DNA from: Chrysomallon squamiferum
Lineage: Eukaryota > Animalia > Mollusca
Direction: 5' to 3'
DNA length: 64,000 nucleotides
Assembly: GCA_012295275.1 (NCBI GenBank)
Contig: CM022665.1
Location: 20,522,001 to 20,586,000, forward strand
In this document: piece by piece, positions 28,242 through 58,303 of the stretch
How positions within the stretch are numbered: position 1 is the stretch's first letter
Layout of the letters: every line of letters starts with the position of its first letter
Program-made: the position numbers and the translations under genes
Notes under the pieces: generated by a model
Database searches by the model: none
Seen by the model: only the letters and a program-made list of their open reading frames with translations
Told to the model about the DNA's origin: nothing

Positions 28242-28398
28242 GTTTCTCTACCTCAAAACGGCAGGAGTAAATAGTAATTCGTGTTGAAGTGGAAACAGCC
28301 AGCAAATTACACGACCACTCGTATGGTGAAAATTCAACACAATGTACAATGTCTGAACAAGGGATCGTGTAGGTACTTTTCTTCGAATCGTCTGCCAT
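23783..28398 (-). CDS. NUP37: Nucleoporin Nup37 (WD40 beta-propeller of the Y-complex), 324 aa, 7 exons
   Basis: Exons in transcription order: 28398-28252, 27932-27808, 27145-27064, 26765-26580, 25662-25481, 24944-24809, 23899-23783 (TGA). 975 nt, all GT-AG, phase-consistent. Motifs recalled from Nup37: VHCVEFSPY, EEDAEVDG, IAWNPET, LFTSDL, GHSDFVN..DDLTCRIW, SPGMSVCWH, QVPLM..W, GLTWH..LP..GGDK. Confidence 0.95.
26260..26560. repeat. ~60-bp degenerate minisatellite x5 adjacent to the NUP37 exon-4 donor
   Basis: Recurring TTAG..ACAGACTCAAAATGTGACCATATTTAT..AATAAAAT. Confidence 0.75.
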
Positions 28399-30549
28399 CG
28401 TGCACGTTAATACATTCCCGCCTATCCACTTTTTTGTTTTCATTTATGGAAACCTAATCCATCCATAGTCATCTCCCTTGAGATATTAAAGCGGTTTTTG
28501 CAAAAGAAAATAACTCTCACGCGTAATCTATCATGTGCACAGGCATACATACATAAGCATACATTAATTAATAATATTTGGTATGTTGTATTTAGATTAA
28601 TAACTTTAGACACTGTTTTCCCAGTTTACAAATCCGATATCTTTATCCTCGATTACTTTTCCATTATGTTTACACTATTTTAACTTGTAAAATGACAAAT
28701 AAAACGGAACAATAAAAGCGTGGTCTATTTGTTAGGTTTAAAAACGGCAAAACTCTTCTTTCTGATAAACAAAACAAAATGCCTTAAATACATTTTTGAC
28801 TATCTAAATTCAAGAGTGAATTTTTGTATTAAACAGTTTATCTTTTGAGCAACATTTTAAAAAGAGTTTATGGTTGCCATAGAATTGATTACAAAGTAGA
28901 CAGCCTTTATATAATTACAGTAAAAAACAGATGACTTTACAACATATATTTAAAAGTAAACAAACAATCAAATAAATAAATGGCCTCTCTGAATAGCTGG
29001 TGTCAATATAATTATCTACAATGTGAATAATTTCGCAAAAGATTACATATTTACATTTTTTTTTTTTTTTTTTTTTTTTTTCCCCTATTGGACTTATGGT
29101 TCGTGCTGTTCATATAGCAACTGGTCGCACGATGTGGATACCATATTAAACTGATGGTTTCTGTGGGGAAGGAAACTGGCCGGTAGTCATAGATTAATTA
29201 AACTGATGGTTGTTCAAGGAACGATTCCTTTCGAGTCGACATCATTTCTCAGTCGTAACATACTCTTACATAAACCTGCAGGCCAACGATGAAAAGAATA
29301 ATAATAAAAAATAAAATTTAAAAAAAATCCGAGAGATGCTTAATTTTTATAAATTACCCCTGTCTGTGATATGTAAATAATACACTGCTGTTCGGTTTAT
29401 TATTTTATTTATTTATTTATTTATTATTTAATTTTAATTTTAATTTTAAGTATTATTTTCACTGTCTTAAATATTTCGAACCATAATGCTATGGTGTTTT
29501 GTTTACCGATCGAATATTACTACTAAAGGTTTAAAGATGCTGCTGCTAATGATGGTTAAAACAATTAATTTAAATGCAGATAAAATAACGTACACTATAT
29601 TTTATTTATTATGACTATATGTAACATGAGTTCATCATGTCCGGACGAACGTACGACTCAATCAACCAGTCTAACTGCAAATTGACATTAACATCGCGTT
29701 ATTGACTAGCCTTTATTTAATAGAATGAAGAAGAAGCGAAATACACCTTCAAATATTTATTATTCTTTTTTCTGTTACCGCCATCAGCACGCAACCGTGA
29801 CGTAGTTAGGAAAGAAAAGATGCAAATAATGTTTTCTATACGTACCATCTGCACTGTACCGACTGATCGCGGTACAGGCAGTCTAAAATAGCTATATCTC
29901 TATCAAAGGACAGTTATACAAATATAATTATAAATATCTTCGCTGCAATAGAGGTGTTAATGAAACGGATATTTCTATTTGAGGTTGAAAGACTTCTTAT
30001 TAAAGCTGTGTTAATGGCAGAATCGTGCTTTGGAATTTTTATTCAGTGTCGAGAAGACTGTTTCGCTCTGTGAAGAAAGAATTACGTGTGACACACAAAC
30101 CAACTTTCCCAGCAACTTTTATGTTTGTCCACAGTGTGTGAATGTCCATACTTTAATATCTGCAGTATTAATATATAACATGTTCTTATAAATAACATGT
30201 ATTTCACAAGCTCGCGGGAAAGCGCATCCAAAGTTGCTTTGGAGAAGGACACAAAAGAAACAAGCCGTAATTGTGTGGGGAATGGAATTATTGCGTGTTT
30301 TGTCCCAGTTTAATGAAGAAAAGGAAAAATACGGGACAAAAGTAACTGAGACAGTGCGTGGTTGTTTGGGGTTATTTTTCACATTTTTCTGTAGCTTTGA
30401 CTGCAGCTGATATGTCGACGTTTGTGTGGAGAAAATGTTACATGCAGCAGGTCAAGAATCGCCAAGGAATTCACTGAAACCGTGTACGTGGACAGTGGAT
30501 ACAAGTATGTTATCATTATTATTAACATTATCATCATCATAATTATTAC

Positions 30550-30598
<49 letters not shown>

Positions 30599-30699
30599 TA
30601 TATTTTTTTTATTATTATTATTTTTTTTTATCATCATCATCACCATTATTATTAGTAATTTTTATTTTTAAATTTGTTTTTGAGGGCATGGAGACTTCG

Positions 30700-30762
<63 letters not shown>

Positions 30763-30764
<2 letters not shown>

Positions 30765-30975
30765 GTCCTCTTTGAGCTGTGTTTATTCTAATTCTGAAAT
30801 GCGGAGCAAACGTCCAAAAATGAACGCATACACCTGTCAGAAAAGATATTTATGTACGACACAATTATTATTTTCAGTGAAATACTTAATATGCGATTTT
30901 TATAATTATTTTTATGAATTTGTCATTTTACTAAATTTTGTTTAACTTTGAAGTTTTTTATTTTTTATTATTATT
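30763..30975 (+). repeat. ~200-bp interspersed repeat, copy 1, preceded by (CT)n
   Basis: Highly similar to 51872-52090 (CTGTGTTTATTCTAATTCTGAAATGCGGAGCAAACG...ACCTGTCAGAAAAGATATTTATGTACGA...ACTTTGAAGTTTTT). Confidence 0.9.
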
Positions 30976-31131
30976 ATTTTTTAAAATATTTATTTTGCTT
31001 AAGGTTATAAATTCCGCCATTTTTAATGCATTCGCTTAATACATTCCGTAGATAAAATTTGATTTTTATTGACAGACGTCTTTAAAAATAGGGTTTTCTA
31101 GAAAACAAATATAAACTGTTAATATTGTTCT

Positions 31132-31202
<71 letters not shown>

Positions 31203-32603
31203 AATAATAAATAAATAAAATTCTTTTTTTATGTTATTACCAACTGCCTGATATATTTCTATAATACAGTATGCACATTTTAGTTAAAAGAACAGTAATG
31301 CAATTCAGTATAAAGTAATACACAGGATAAATAAAATTATTTTATTTAACTGTATATTTTGTCCTGTATATTAACTGCATTTCTTGTTACAATCGTTCTT
31401 CTAATTTCTTTTTCAAACCGTTTTTAGTGGAAAAATAACTAAGACGAATTAAAAACACCATGGTATGTTCTTAATTATTTTTAACTTCAGTAAAATGAAT
31501 ATTGGTGCCGATGTCACAACGAATTTTAATAACAGTTATAAAGTGAATTGTATAAAGATAATGCGATGAAGAAAGATCACTATCATAATTCCGAGAACTG
31601 CTCTGAAAACACATCGTTTTTCTTCGTGAATTTCCGCGAACACCTGCGCACGAACCGATTCGTAAGTAGGGAATTTAAATCAACCGAATAACCTTACTTC
31701 TAAAAAGCTTTCATTTTTAAATAATTTATAACCTTATATACATATAAACAAAACAAAAATAACAACGTTTAAAGCAGAAATGTTAAGGCGTCACAGGTGA
31801 CAGATTCCTGTTCAAGGAACGGAGCAAGAATATTGAACAGGGGAGGGCGTGGCGACCATGCAATCCCTGTTTGTCGAGTTTTACAAATGTAGAAGGAAGA
31901 GTCGACTCTGTTAGATATCATTTTTAATTTAATTTTTATTTATTTATTTTTTTAATTTTTTTCTGCAAATTAGAATATCAGATTTGCATATCTTAATAAA
32001 CCAATGGATGAATATTGATTCAGTGATGCATCCATATATTTTATTATTAACAATTATTGGCTGTCAGTTAACTTAATGATGTGAGAGAAGAAACTATGTA
32101 TTGATGAGATCTGATCGTGTGGCCTATCAAGTCTCACAACTCCTTTCTAAACACTTGGCTAAATCTCGCCATTCTGCTCCCGTTGAAAGAGATTTGAAAT
32201 AAATTTAAAAACCCAACCCCAAAGACCGAAATATTACTTCTTTCTTTCTTTAAAAATAAATAAATAAATACTTGAGGCCATCATTATCTGAAATAGGTCT
32301 AGAATCCTTCAGACCAATCCTAGATCTGCTCCTGGCACAAATGAATGGTCCATTCTAAACTTCAGCTGCGGGACGCTATTGTTGTTAAAAACAAATTGTT
32401 CGTTTTGTTGTGGAATTGATTTACGGTTCCGTACACATAGCCGTCAGAGCTACTTGATGAAATGTTAAGTTGTGTTAAAGATAATCAATACGAAGAGATG
32501 AACACTAAAAATAATCTACGTTTAACAATAACCGAACAACATTATCAGTTCGTGCTGTTAATGCATATTTTATTGTACACTGTTTGAATATGAACACGTA
32601 CGA

Positions 32604-32642
<39 letters not shown>

Positions 32643-32852
32643 CTATAACAAGTTATTTTTAGTCTAATGATATCTTCTATTATTATTATTATTCTGATTC
32701 TCATTATTATTACTACTGTTTTAAATTATTATTCTGATTACTATTATTATTATTGTTATTATTACTATTACTATTATGATCACCATCACTGTCATCATCA
32801 TCATTATCATTATTATTTATTTTTTATTATTATCATTATCATTATTATTCAC

Positions 32853-32892
<40 letters not shown>

Positions 32893-34313
32893 TAAAAAAA
32901 AAAAAAAAAAAAAAATAAACAATGGACCTTAGCTAAAATAACATAATTTTTTAAGTAAAAATAAAAAGTATATTTCTGTTAATATATCGAAATTACCAAT
33001 GTGTTATATTATTATTATTGTGTTAATATTTTAACACCGATATTGGAATATGCGCGAACGTGTTCGAATGACTTTTAGTTATGACACTCTGTTATTGTTT
33101 TGTATTCAGTTTGCAATTTACTTGTTACATACACCGTAACGATGTTTACATTTACTCCGAGGAGACGTATGTCATTATCATTATCATTCCATTTACTGAA
33201 AATCTAAATTACGTAAACTGGGCACAACACTGGTAATAACGTCATATTTTATTTATTACGTAACAAACGTTACAGGGGAAGCGGAACAAATGTCAGAAAT
33301 CAGTTGGAGTGAAAAACTGTCGGCTGCGACACTATTGTTTGAGAACGAGTTAATTATTGATATCTGATATTTTCTTTCGTTGTTATAAAATCTGATACAA
33401 TTAGCGTCTGGTGACTGGTATTTGTAGTTCACTGTTAGCCAAGTGTCAGATCTGAAGTACACGTAATCTTGTCGTTTTTGTTTTTAACACAAAGATAATG
33501 ATTAAATAACGATCTAGTAAATATTGAATTTTGGTTTTTTGTTTAAGTCAGTGTGCGTCTATGCTTGCATTTGTGTGTGTGTGAGAGAAAGAGAAAAAAC
33601 GAATAAAGATAAAGGTGTCATGAGCTGATATACATTATATACAGATACACAGATATATGCACAGGCATATAAATATACGATTTAAATTTAACTTCAAATT
33701 TCAGTTCTCCAAATGAATATTAGCATATCACTTTCATTTTATTCTTCCCTGCTATTGTCGTTAATGTTTTACCTGTCACAATCGACAACGATACTTTTTG
33801 TTTGTTTGTTTGTTGTTGTTATTGTTGTCCTATTCCATCAAGTATTGAGATATGGCGAGGTACAGAAGTTTTCAAATTTATTTATTTATTTATTTATTTT
33901 AATAATAATAATAATAATAATAATAATTAATAGTTTTAGTAGTAGTAATAGTAGAATTGTGGTTGTTGCTGTAGTAGTTGTAATGTTATTGTTGTTTTTG
34001 TTGTTGTTGTTATTAATATTATTTAATATGAGACTGGATGAAAACTATAAAAATGTTGTAAATTTTCAAACTCTGATATCACCTCCACCATCCACTAAGT
34101 CTTGTGAATTAAGAAGTGGATAGAACAAAACAGTAGTAGTAGTAGTGGTGGTGGTAGTGGTAGTAGTAGTAGTACTAGTAGTATTAGGTCTATCTTCAAT
34201 TACAAAAAATCCACATTACTACTGTTAATATTGATATATTTTGTCTCATAGCTAAGATGGCCACGATGTCGACGAAAACACCTTTATCATTATCATTATT
34301 ATAGATATCATCA

Positions 34314-34365
<52 letters not shown>

Positions 34366-35254
34366 CACCGTCATTATTATTATTATTTGTTGTTATCATC
34401 ATCATCATCATCATCATCATTATCGTCGTTGTTGTTGTTATAATGTCCTTGTACACAACCAAACTGAATTCATGTCTTTTTAATTATGAAAGCAGCTCTT
34501 TTCTTATCAGTACGACTTGTTTTCACTCGTTAACATACATTTTAATTTTTCATCGTTTAGATGAATCCAGAGGAAATTGCTCTAATTAAAAGGATTACGT
34601 TTTTTTTTTCTTACAAGTTATTTATAAACAAGTAGGTCGTCGTCCACAGTAATCTCGAAGATAATAAGTCTCAGTAAGTGTTATCGTATTAGTTGTAAAA
34701 GTGATGGTGATGATGGTGGTGGTAGTGGTAGCGTCAGTGGCAGTAGTAGTAACAGTATAAAGAGTAATAGTATGGACTACAAGCAGCAGAACTGCAGCAG
34801 TAATGTTAGAACTATTGGAGATAGTGGGTGTTGTGGTCGTCGTAGAAGTAGTAGCAGCAGAAAAAGCTTGTGTTAGTGGCAGTAGTAGTTGTAGTAATAG
34901 TAACACTAGTAGTAGTAGTGGCTAATACTATTATTATTGCTATCATTTTATTATATTTACTTCTTTAGCTGCTACTGCCACGATTACAGTTTTTTTCTAC
35001 TACTACTACTACAAATCTCGGCCCTTTTGATTATTTGTTTCTATTTTTTTTTTCTTTATTTTCTTTTCTTTTTTTTTATTAAAAAAAAAATTCATAAAAT
35101 AATAATAATAATAATAAAGACAGTAATCGAGCTCTCTATTCAACTCAACATATTATAATATTAAAACGTCTTAGGAGAGAGAGAGAGAGAAAAATAAACA
35201 AATGACATAACGAAAATAAATATTATATATATATTATCTCAACGAAATATAAAG

Positions 35255-35510
35255 AAACGGTGTGGTCCGCGCTAAAACGACTTCTTCCGGTGTACAGCGT
35301 TCGTTGGTTCTTTGTATATCCCGTCAACGGAAGTGGGCGCATCTATCAATGATTGATTAAACGAGGTTGTTTTATTTTTCTGGCTCTGTGAAGAGATAAT
35401 CGTTTATCGATCCGCTGATTGTGTTTGTTGTTGTCAACAGCTATCGTCGTCACTGTGAATGCAATCAGTTAAACATCAACAAAACAATCCACGCCTGACA
35501 ACAGTGTCCG
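35255..35510 (+). promoter_or_regulatory. Candidate promoter or enhancer upstream of the HUNK-like gene
   Basis: CpG-rich non-repetitive island between microsatellites with two ETS-like cores (CTTCCGG ~35284, CGGAAGT ~35328). No transcript evidence. Confidence 0.3.
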
Positions 35511-35814
35511 TTTCTCTCTGCATATTCATCTCTTTATCTATCTGTTTATCTCTCTATCCTTTATCCATCTGTTTATCACCCTGTCTGTATGTCTATCTGT
35601 CTGTTAGTCTGTATATCAGTTAATTTATCTGTTTGTCTATTTATCCATGTACAGTAATCTTTTTATCTATCTGTTTATGTCTCTGTATGGCCCTGTCTGT
35701 CTAACTTTATATCTGTAACTATTTGTCAGTTAATCGTTCTCTTTTTCTGTGTGTCGATCTGTCTGCCTGCTTTTAAATAAATATATCTATTTATAAGCCT
35801 TTCTTTCTACCTGC

Positions 35815-35880
<66 letters not shown>

Positions 35881-37660
35881 GTCTGTGTCTGTCTGTCTAT
35901 CTATCTATCTATCTGTCTGTCTATCTATCTATCTATATATATATATATATATTTATATCAGTGGCGGGTGCATATACACAATAGGTAGAAATCACAAGGT
36001 AACTGTTAGACAGAAAACTACAGAGCGATAGAGGTAGTGACAGCGAGAGAGAGAAGAAGATAGGTAGATACACATACATACATAGAGACAGACAGATATA
36101 TAGATAAACAGATGGATAGGTAGACAGGTAGATAAATAGATAGACATGTAGACTAATAGAGAGATAGAGGTAGATAGATAGATAAATAGATAGACATGTA
36201 GACTAATAGAGAGATAGAGGTAGATAGATAGATAAATAGAAGGAAAAAGATAAAGAGATAAAAAGAGAGTAAGAGAGAGAGATAGACAGAGGGGAATAGA
36301 TTGAAAGAAAAATGGACAGACTGAATTTTAAGGAGGAAGAGAGAAAAAAGAAGAGACAGAGAGAGATAGTCTGCAATATATTAGTAATAAATGTATACGG
36401 CTCACAAGCAATAAATACTGTATACAAAGCAAACATTTACCTCATCACTGACACGCAGATTAAAATCACATTGTCTTAATACAGTCAATTTCGTTATCTC
36501 TTCGTTTGTTTTCCTGACTCGACGTCAGCGACACCTGGTTACCGCCAAACAAAGGCCTCTGCTTTCATAACTTCATTACGGCAGGAACGATCTAATATTA
36601 ATACAACACGACTCGTTAATTAACTCAGGGTTGATCTCAGGTCGGCGATCACAATGAACACTGGCTCGAACGTTTCTCTCACGTTGACTTTCTGATACTT
36701 GGACGTTTCGTGAGAAAAAACAAAAAACAACTTGTAGTTATTTTTCATTACAGAGCTTCAAGAGGCTGCCAGTACGTTCATGGGTGGGTTTTTACTTTAT
36801 ATACACTCTGAGTGAGTTTACAAGTTCAGTGCGTATGTGTGTATATATGTGTTTGAGACTGAATGTATGTATGTATGTGTAAATGTAAGTATGAATTATA
36901 TTTGTGCATATATATGTATGTGTGTATGTATGTGCGCATTATATGTGTGTGTATGTATGTATGTATGTATGTGTGTATGTATGCACGTACGTATGTATTT
37001 GTGTATGTGTTCATATATACACACACACACACACAAATACGTACGTGCATACGTACAAACACACATATTTATATATACATACACACACACGCATATATAT
37101 ATATATATATATATATACAGACACACACAAATACATAGGTACGTGCATACTTACACACATATACATAAACGCACACATACATACATAGACATGTACGTAC
37201 CTATGTATGTGAGTCTACGTGTGCATGTACGTATACAATATATATGTAAATACATGTAGTTGTATTTATGTATTTGTATATATGTGTATGTATGTGTGTA
37301 TGTCTATGTATATATAAATATATATAAGTTATGTGTGAATATGCATACCTACATTCTCTAAACTATTTACAGATTGTGGTATAACACAAACAATACGGTT
37401 GTTAAATTTCTGATATGGTCAATATATCGAACAGTGCTGGAGACAGCTGCGTGTAACATGAATGTAGAGTCAATATTTATTCACGAGACAACTTCTTTTT
37501 GTCAAACACGTGCTAAAAGTTAGCGGTGGCTGGAATATATCGAGATATGGATCGCTCCTGGTCAGTGTGTGGTTTAGTCTCTGATAAAACACGATGTCTG
37601 TAGAAGATGATGTCATATTAAAACTATTTCTACAAGATATTCAAATCACTGAATCTGTAA

Positions 37661-37900
37661 ACTGGAGATAAATCGTGAACACAGGTTTTGTATTCGTCGT
37701 GCGATGGTAGAAGAGGCAATATGTTATGTCACACTGGAGATAAATCGTGAACACAGGTTTTGTATTCGTCGTGCGATGGTAGAAGAGGCAAGTTTATTAA
37801 ATGTTATGTCACACTGGAGATAAATCGTGAATGGAGAGGTTTTGTATTCGTCATGCAGCGGTAGAGGCGGCTAGTTTTATAATATGTGATATCAAACTGG
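37661..37900 (+). repeat. 72-80-bp tandem repeat x3
   Basis: ACTGGAGATAAATCGTGAACACAGGTTTTGTATTCGTCGTGCGATGGTAGAAGAGGCAA at 37661 and 37733 (identical over this core), diverged copy at 37813. Confidence 0.85.
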
Positions 37901-38407
37901 TAGAACATGCTACTTTAAATTCACGTCATATTTTCACTGAAGATGAAATACCTGTCATATTGTATGGATGAAATGTGATACATTTTAATCTGCTAATGAA
38001 AACATCCTATTGTGAAGTGCTCCTATCTTAGTCAACATCCGCTGATAATTCAAGAACGAGTGTGTGAACAGAGACGAGATATCTGTTAGTATGTTAATAT
38101 CACATACCGTGGTTTCCGTATTTGCTTACAGAACATACCTGGAGTATTAATACACGTCGTATTAATATTATATAGTTTATTCCGTACGTTTTCTTTCTTT
38201 CTTTCTTTCATTTTATTTTATTTTATTTTTTTTCCCAGTGATAAATTACTATGATGTAAAGAAATGCAAAGACGCCGGGATTAAAATGTTTTCAGAGAGA
38301 TCTGTTTGTCAGTTACATTTTTTTTTTCACTTATCACAGGTTTGGTGGACAGATACTCCAGAAACCCGATCCCCGCCCTTTCCCGGGATTCGGGACCATA
38401 CTCCGAT

Positions 38408-53665
<15,258 letters not shown>

Positions 53666-53913
53666 GATGACTTCTTACTAATAATTTACATGTTATGACT
53701 CTGATTTCCGATATATTTCAAAAATGGAGAGTCTATCCGTCCAGGAGAATGATAATTTTTATCCGCGTTTTCAAATGATCAAGTTCTGCTCAAAATCCAC
53801 TTATCTCCTCAAATTAATAAGAATTACGTATTTCCATAAATTTAATTGAAAAAACTAATTATCAGTGATGTCTATCATAGATGTATGCAAAGTTGTATAT
53901 TTTAGATAGCTAC

Positions 53914-53949
<36 letters not shown>

Positions 53950-54074
53950 GACCTCTGCATGCCTGTTTTTGAAAAATCATTAATAATATTAACGACGGCA
54001 GCGAAACAGTGTGATATTCTGAACATTATAATTGACAAATTTTTTGCACGGTTTTATTTAAAAGCTTTCTTAAC

Positions 54075-54123
<49 letters not shown>

Positions 54124-54249
54124 ATGTTTCAACAAAACAAAAATTGACAGTGTTTTTTTATTTATTTATTTATTTATTATCATCATCAAATGTTTCAAAA
54201 CTTTATAATTTTAAAACATTTATTGTCAGGGACTTTTCATTTTATTCTA

Positions 54250-54316
<67 letters not shown>

Positions 54317-55286
54317 GTATTAAAATTTTCCGTATTAACAAAATAAAAAAATCATTAGATTTTTATTGACTGATATGGCACGTGCAATAAAGCAGTATTG
54401 GATTTTTTTCCGAAGATGTAGACTTGAGCACGTTGTGGTGCTATCTGTGATAAACAACCTATGTGATACAAACAAAATAAATTATATAGAGTCTATTATA
54501 TACATGTACATTGCTTACAGAAATTACTGAACACCTTATTGTTAATATCCAAATATTTTCAGTTATATGAAAATGGAATAAAAAATTGTATATTTATTGA
54601 AGAAAAAGTGCAATTTTATTTCTATCCTCACTCAATAAAGTATTGTCTTTACTCAACAATGGGTTTGTTGTGTTCTTCTTTTTTTTTTTTTTTTTTTTCT
54701 TTCTTTCTTTCTTTCTTTCTTTTTTTTTTTTTTTTTTTTTTTAAAATTTATAAATAATATATTTAACTATAAATTTCTGCATATGATGCCTGTGTGCGAA
54801 TGATTATTAGCTGTTATTATCACCATGTTCTTCTTTTATTTTTTATTAATTAATTAATTTATTTTATCAGTTTTTAAATTGTTTTCATATCTCTTTCCTT
54901 CTTCTTGTTCTCTTTCTTCTTCTTCGTCGTCGTCTTATTGTTGCTATTATTTATTTCTACTGCTGCTGCTGCTGTTGTTGCTATAGTTTTAGCGAGTGAC
55001 CAGTCCATTTTTTGTTTATTTATTTATTTATTATTAATATTTTTTAAGCCAGTCCAAATACAGATACATTTTGTTATCCTCTGTTACTATTTCTTGCTGC
55101 TTTAAGGTACTCTCGACTGCTCGAAAAGTCTGTAGTCAAAAGTGCATGCTACATCCACAATGCTGTTAACTTACAAATGTCTGATCTGCCTGTCTTTCCA
55201 CCTGTCTGTCTTTCTCTTTCATACTCTACATATCTGTCTGTCAATCTGCTTACCTACCTACCTATCTATCCATCTATATGGATATA

Positions 55287-55354
<68 letters not shown>

Positions 55355-55440
55355 TAAATACATTTTTTCTTCCTGTTACAGTTTGTGTATGTATGGTCAA
55401 TACAATGTAAAGTGACCGGTCAGTCCAAGAATGAAAATAA

Positions 55441-55476
<36 letters not shown>

Positions 55477-55621
55477 TGTATGTTTCTCTATGTTTGTGTG
55501 TCGGGGGTGAATTTGTGTGTTGGAGTTTGTGTATGTGTTTCTGTATGTCTATGTATGTTTGCATACGTGAAATAATTTTAAAAATCGATTAGAAAATGTA
55601 GTTATTTATTATTAATTTCTT

Positions 55622-55654
<33 letters not shown>

Positions 55655-55791
55655 CTTGTCTTAATGCTCTCTCTTTTATAGACCAGTTCTATATTTAGTA
55701 CACTGATTATGTAAAATGTTTAGACAGGTATGTTCTTAAAAGTACTCTCTATCCAACGATATTATTTTAATATAAGTATCAACAGTAAATA

Positions 55792-56069
55792 TAAGCTGAG
55801 AATCCTTTAAAAGAAAATTCTTAGGACCGGAAGTGTTCCGTATTTGGGAATTTTCTGATTTTGGAATATAAGAATCAAAGTCTATATATGAATTTCATTT
55901 ATGTTTCATATACAACTTAAACAAATAATCTGCAGGATTTCTTTTAATATAATATTTTCTTTTAAATAATTTTGTGCATAAAATAAAGATTGTGTTTGAA
56001 TTCTAGTAAATATCAGATATTATTTTTAATTAGGATTTTAAATGGATATACAAATCTCAGTTCTTTGTA
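55792..56069 (+). mobile_element. Degraded MER2-like (TcMar-Tigger) non-autonomous DNA transposon
   Basis: Ordered blocks GGACCGGAAGTGTT..GATTTTGGAATAT, AAGTCTA..AATTTCATTTATGTTTCATATACA and AATAATTTTGTGCATAAAA match my recollection of the MER2 consensus. Ends resemble degenerate (CAGG)TTGAG / CTCA(ACCTG). Not verified by search. Confidence 0.6.
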
Positions 56070-57195
56070 TTACTTGTTATGGTTAATAGAGCAAGCATTG
56101 AATTGATTTTGTATAACTATGTCAGAATGCCGTTGTATGCACGAGAGAGAGTTGGTGTATATGTGTGTTAGTAACAATATGAGTATTTGTATATCTACGA
56201 TAAAAAAAAAGAATTTATCTGTCGATGACTTCTGAAGAGTATGGGTATGTAAGCGAATGTGAAAGAAAGAGTCGGTGTATATGTGTGTGTGTTTGTGGAA
56301 GAAAGAGGGGTAAGTGTGTATGTGTGTTGGAGAAAGTGGGCATGCATCCAAATGTAAAAATAGGAGTGTGTCTATACTGTGTATATCCGGGTAAAAGAGA
56401 GTAGATGTATGTGTGTATGCATCAAAGAGAGAACAGATATATACATCTGTGTGTGAAAGAGAGTGAATCTGCGAGAGAGTGGGTGCGTATGCGAATATTA
56501 AAGGAGGAGTGGATATGTACTTGTCTTAGTGCGTGCGAAAGAGAGTGGATGTATGTCCATGTGCATCACACAGAGAATACGTGTATGAAAAAGAGTGTGT
56601 ATGAGAGAGAGTGGGTACGTATGTTTATGGATTAGAGAGAATGTGTGTATGTGTATGTGTGATATGTTTATGGATTAGAGAGAATGTGTGTATGTGTATG
56701 TGCGTTAGAGAGTGGGTATGTGTTTGTATACCTATGTATATGCGTGCGGAAGAGAGCGGATGTATGTGTTTGTGCATGAGAGAGAGAGAATAGGTATATA
56801 CATCAAATATTATGGTTTATTTATCATTTAGGCTGACTCCTCTAAATTTATTCATAGTATAGGACAGGAAATGCACTTATAAAGTATTGCATTATACTAA
56901 ATATACATATACATTTTTGTTTATTTATTTTATTTTATTTTATTTGTATATAACAGACAAATAAATAAAATGAAATAAAATAAAATAAAATAAAATAAAT
57001 AATTTACAAGTATTTAACTGTCAAATATTTTGAACAAAATTTTGGTAGGGTGTATTTGTATGTCTGAATGGGTGTTGGTGTGCGTGCGTGCATGTGTGTG
57101 ATTGTATGTCTGAGTGTGTGTGTGTGTGTGTACGTGTGTGTGTGTTTGTGTATATGTTTGCATGTGTATACATGTGCTGTTTATATGTGTGTATA

Positions 57196-57256
<61 letters not shown>

Positions 57257-58046
57257 AGAAAGCTGTGGTTTTATTAAATCATGAAAAAAAAATGATGAAG
57301 TTGAAATTTTCACGAGAATAATCCTAAGTAAATAACAACAACAACATTGACGGCTACGACGACATGACAGTGCATACAATAGTAGTAATAGTAACAACAA
57401 ATATAGTACAACTAATATTGCTACTACTACTACTACTAAAAGTAACAGGTGAAGCCCTGACCACGCAGATCCTTCGCAGCCTCGAATAATGGGGTTTGGA
57501 AGTTGATATTCGAGGGTAAAGATATGATTGTGAATCAAACATGGCTGGGATATTTAGAGGTGTACTAGTAAGAATGTAATATGAAAAACGGGTATGGACA
57601 AACGTTACTGGATGAAGTGGGTACAGTCGAAGAATGCCCAAATGCTCACGAAAACTGATTATAACAAATTAATTAATATTATTAGGGGTGTTGTTAAAAC
57701 AAACCTGCATGTTGTATTGCTTTGTGCAAATTTCATTAAATATTTATTCATTCTTTCTGTGGCATCGCCTGCTGTAAGCAAGACTTCAGGTTAAACTGAA
57801 TTATTTAATATTTTATTTAATCAGTCTCATGCGGTATGCTGCTGTACCTTGATTAAATCTATTATTGAATTTCAGATGACTGTAGCCTACTGTTAGACTA
57901 CATACAAGAACTCTTTATGTATTTATTAATTTGTAAAATACATAAATAAAAAATATATTTATAAATTTTATTACACAAAAGTTGGTGTTGTGAGAAAATA
58001 CTGTACTACTACTACTACTTGTTTTTCACAAAATATTCGGTTAAAC

Positions 58047-58303
58047 CACTGGCTTTCATACGCGACCCCTTATGAGCAACTCAATATGACCGATGACCCC
58101 CTTTATAATTTGTTCAGTAATATCAAGGGTTACCATATTTTCAACAACTAAAGACAATACAAAAGGTTTCTATATTCACTATGACGGGTCCCAAACCTAT
58201 CTACACGTTTCTATTTATTCCTCCTTCCAAGTCAAGTTGAAAAAAACTAAAACATACCCCTCGCTTAAGAACGATCTTGCGACCCCCAGGTTGAAAACCT
58301 ATG
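58047..58303. mobile_element. Non-autonomous hAT (Charlie-like) MITE
   Basis: Perfect 8-bp target-site duplication GGTTAAAC at 58039-58046 and 58304-58311. Imperfect TIRs: CACTGGCTTTCA versus reverse complement CATAGGTTTTCA. Subterminal GCGACCCC motifs near both ends. Confidence 0.8.

Noticed and set aside
29160-29180. 13-nt match to U2 snRNA stem IIa (ATCAGTTTAATAT, minus strand)
   Set aside because: The flanks do not continue the U2 sequence; a chance match.
31815-32340. MITE with GGAGCAAGAAT ... TAGATCTGCTCCTG ends
   Set aside because: The ends are too degenerate and no target-site duplication could be identified.
36826-37259. Overlapping Cys/Val/Tyr/His-rich ORFs on both strands (also 39.8-40.2, 44.3 and 55-57.5 kb)
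   Set aside because: (CA)n/(TA)n/(TACA)n repeats lack stop codons by composition.
57480-57515. 9-bp hairpin CCTCGAATA...TATTCGAGG; also the 14-bp palindrome at 9310-9323
   Set aside because: Short enough to be expected by chance in 64 kb, with no supporting context.
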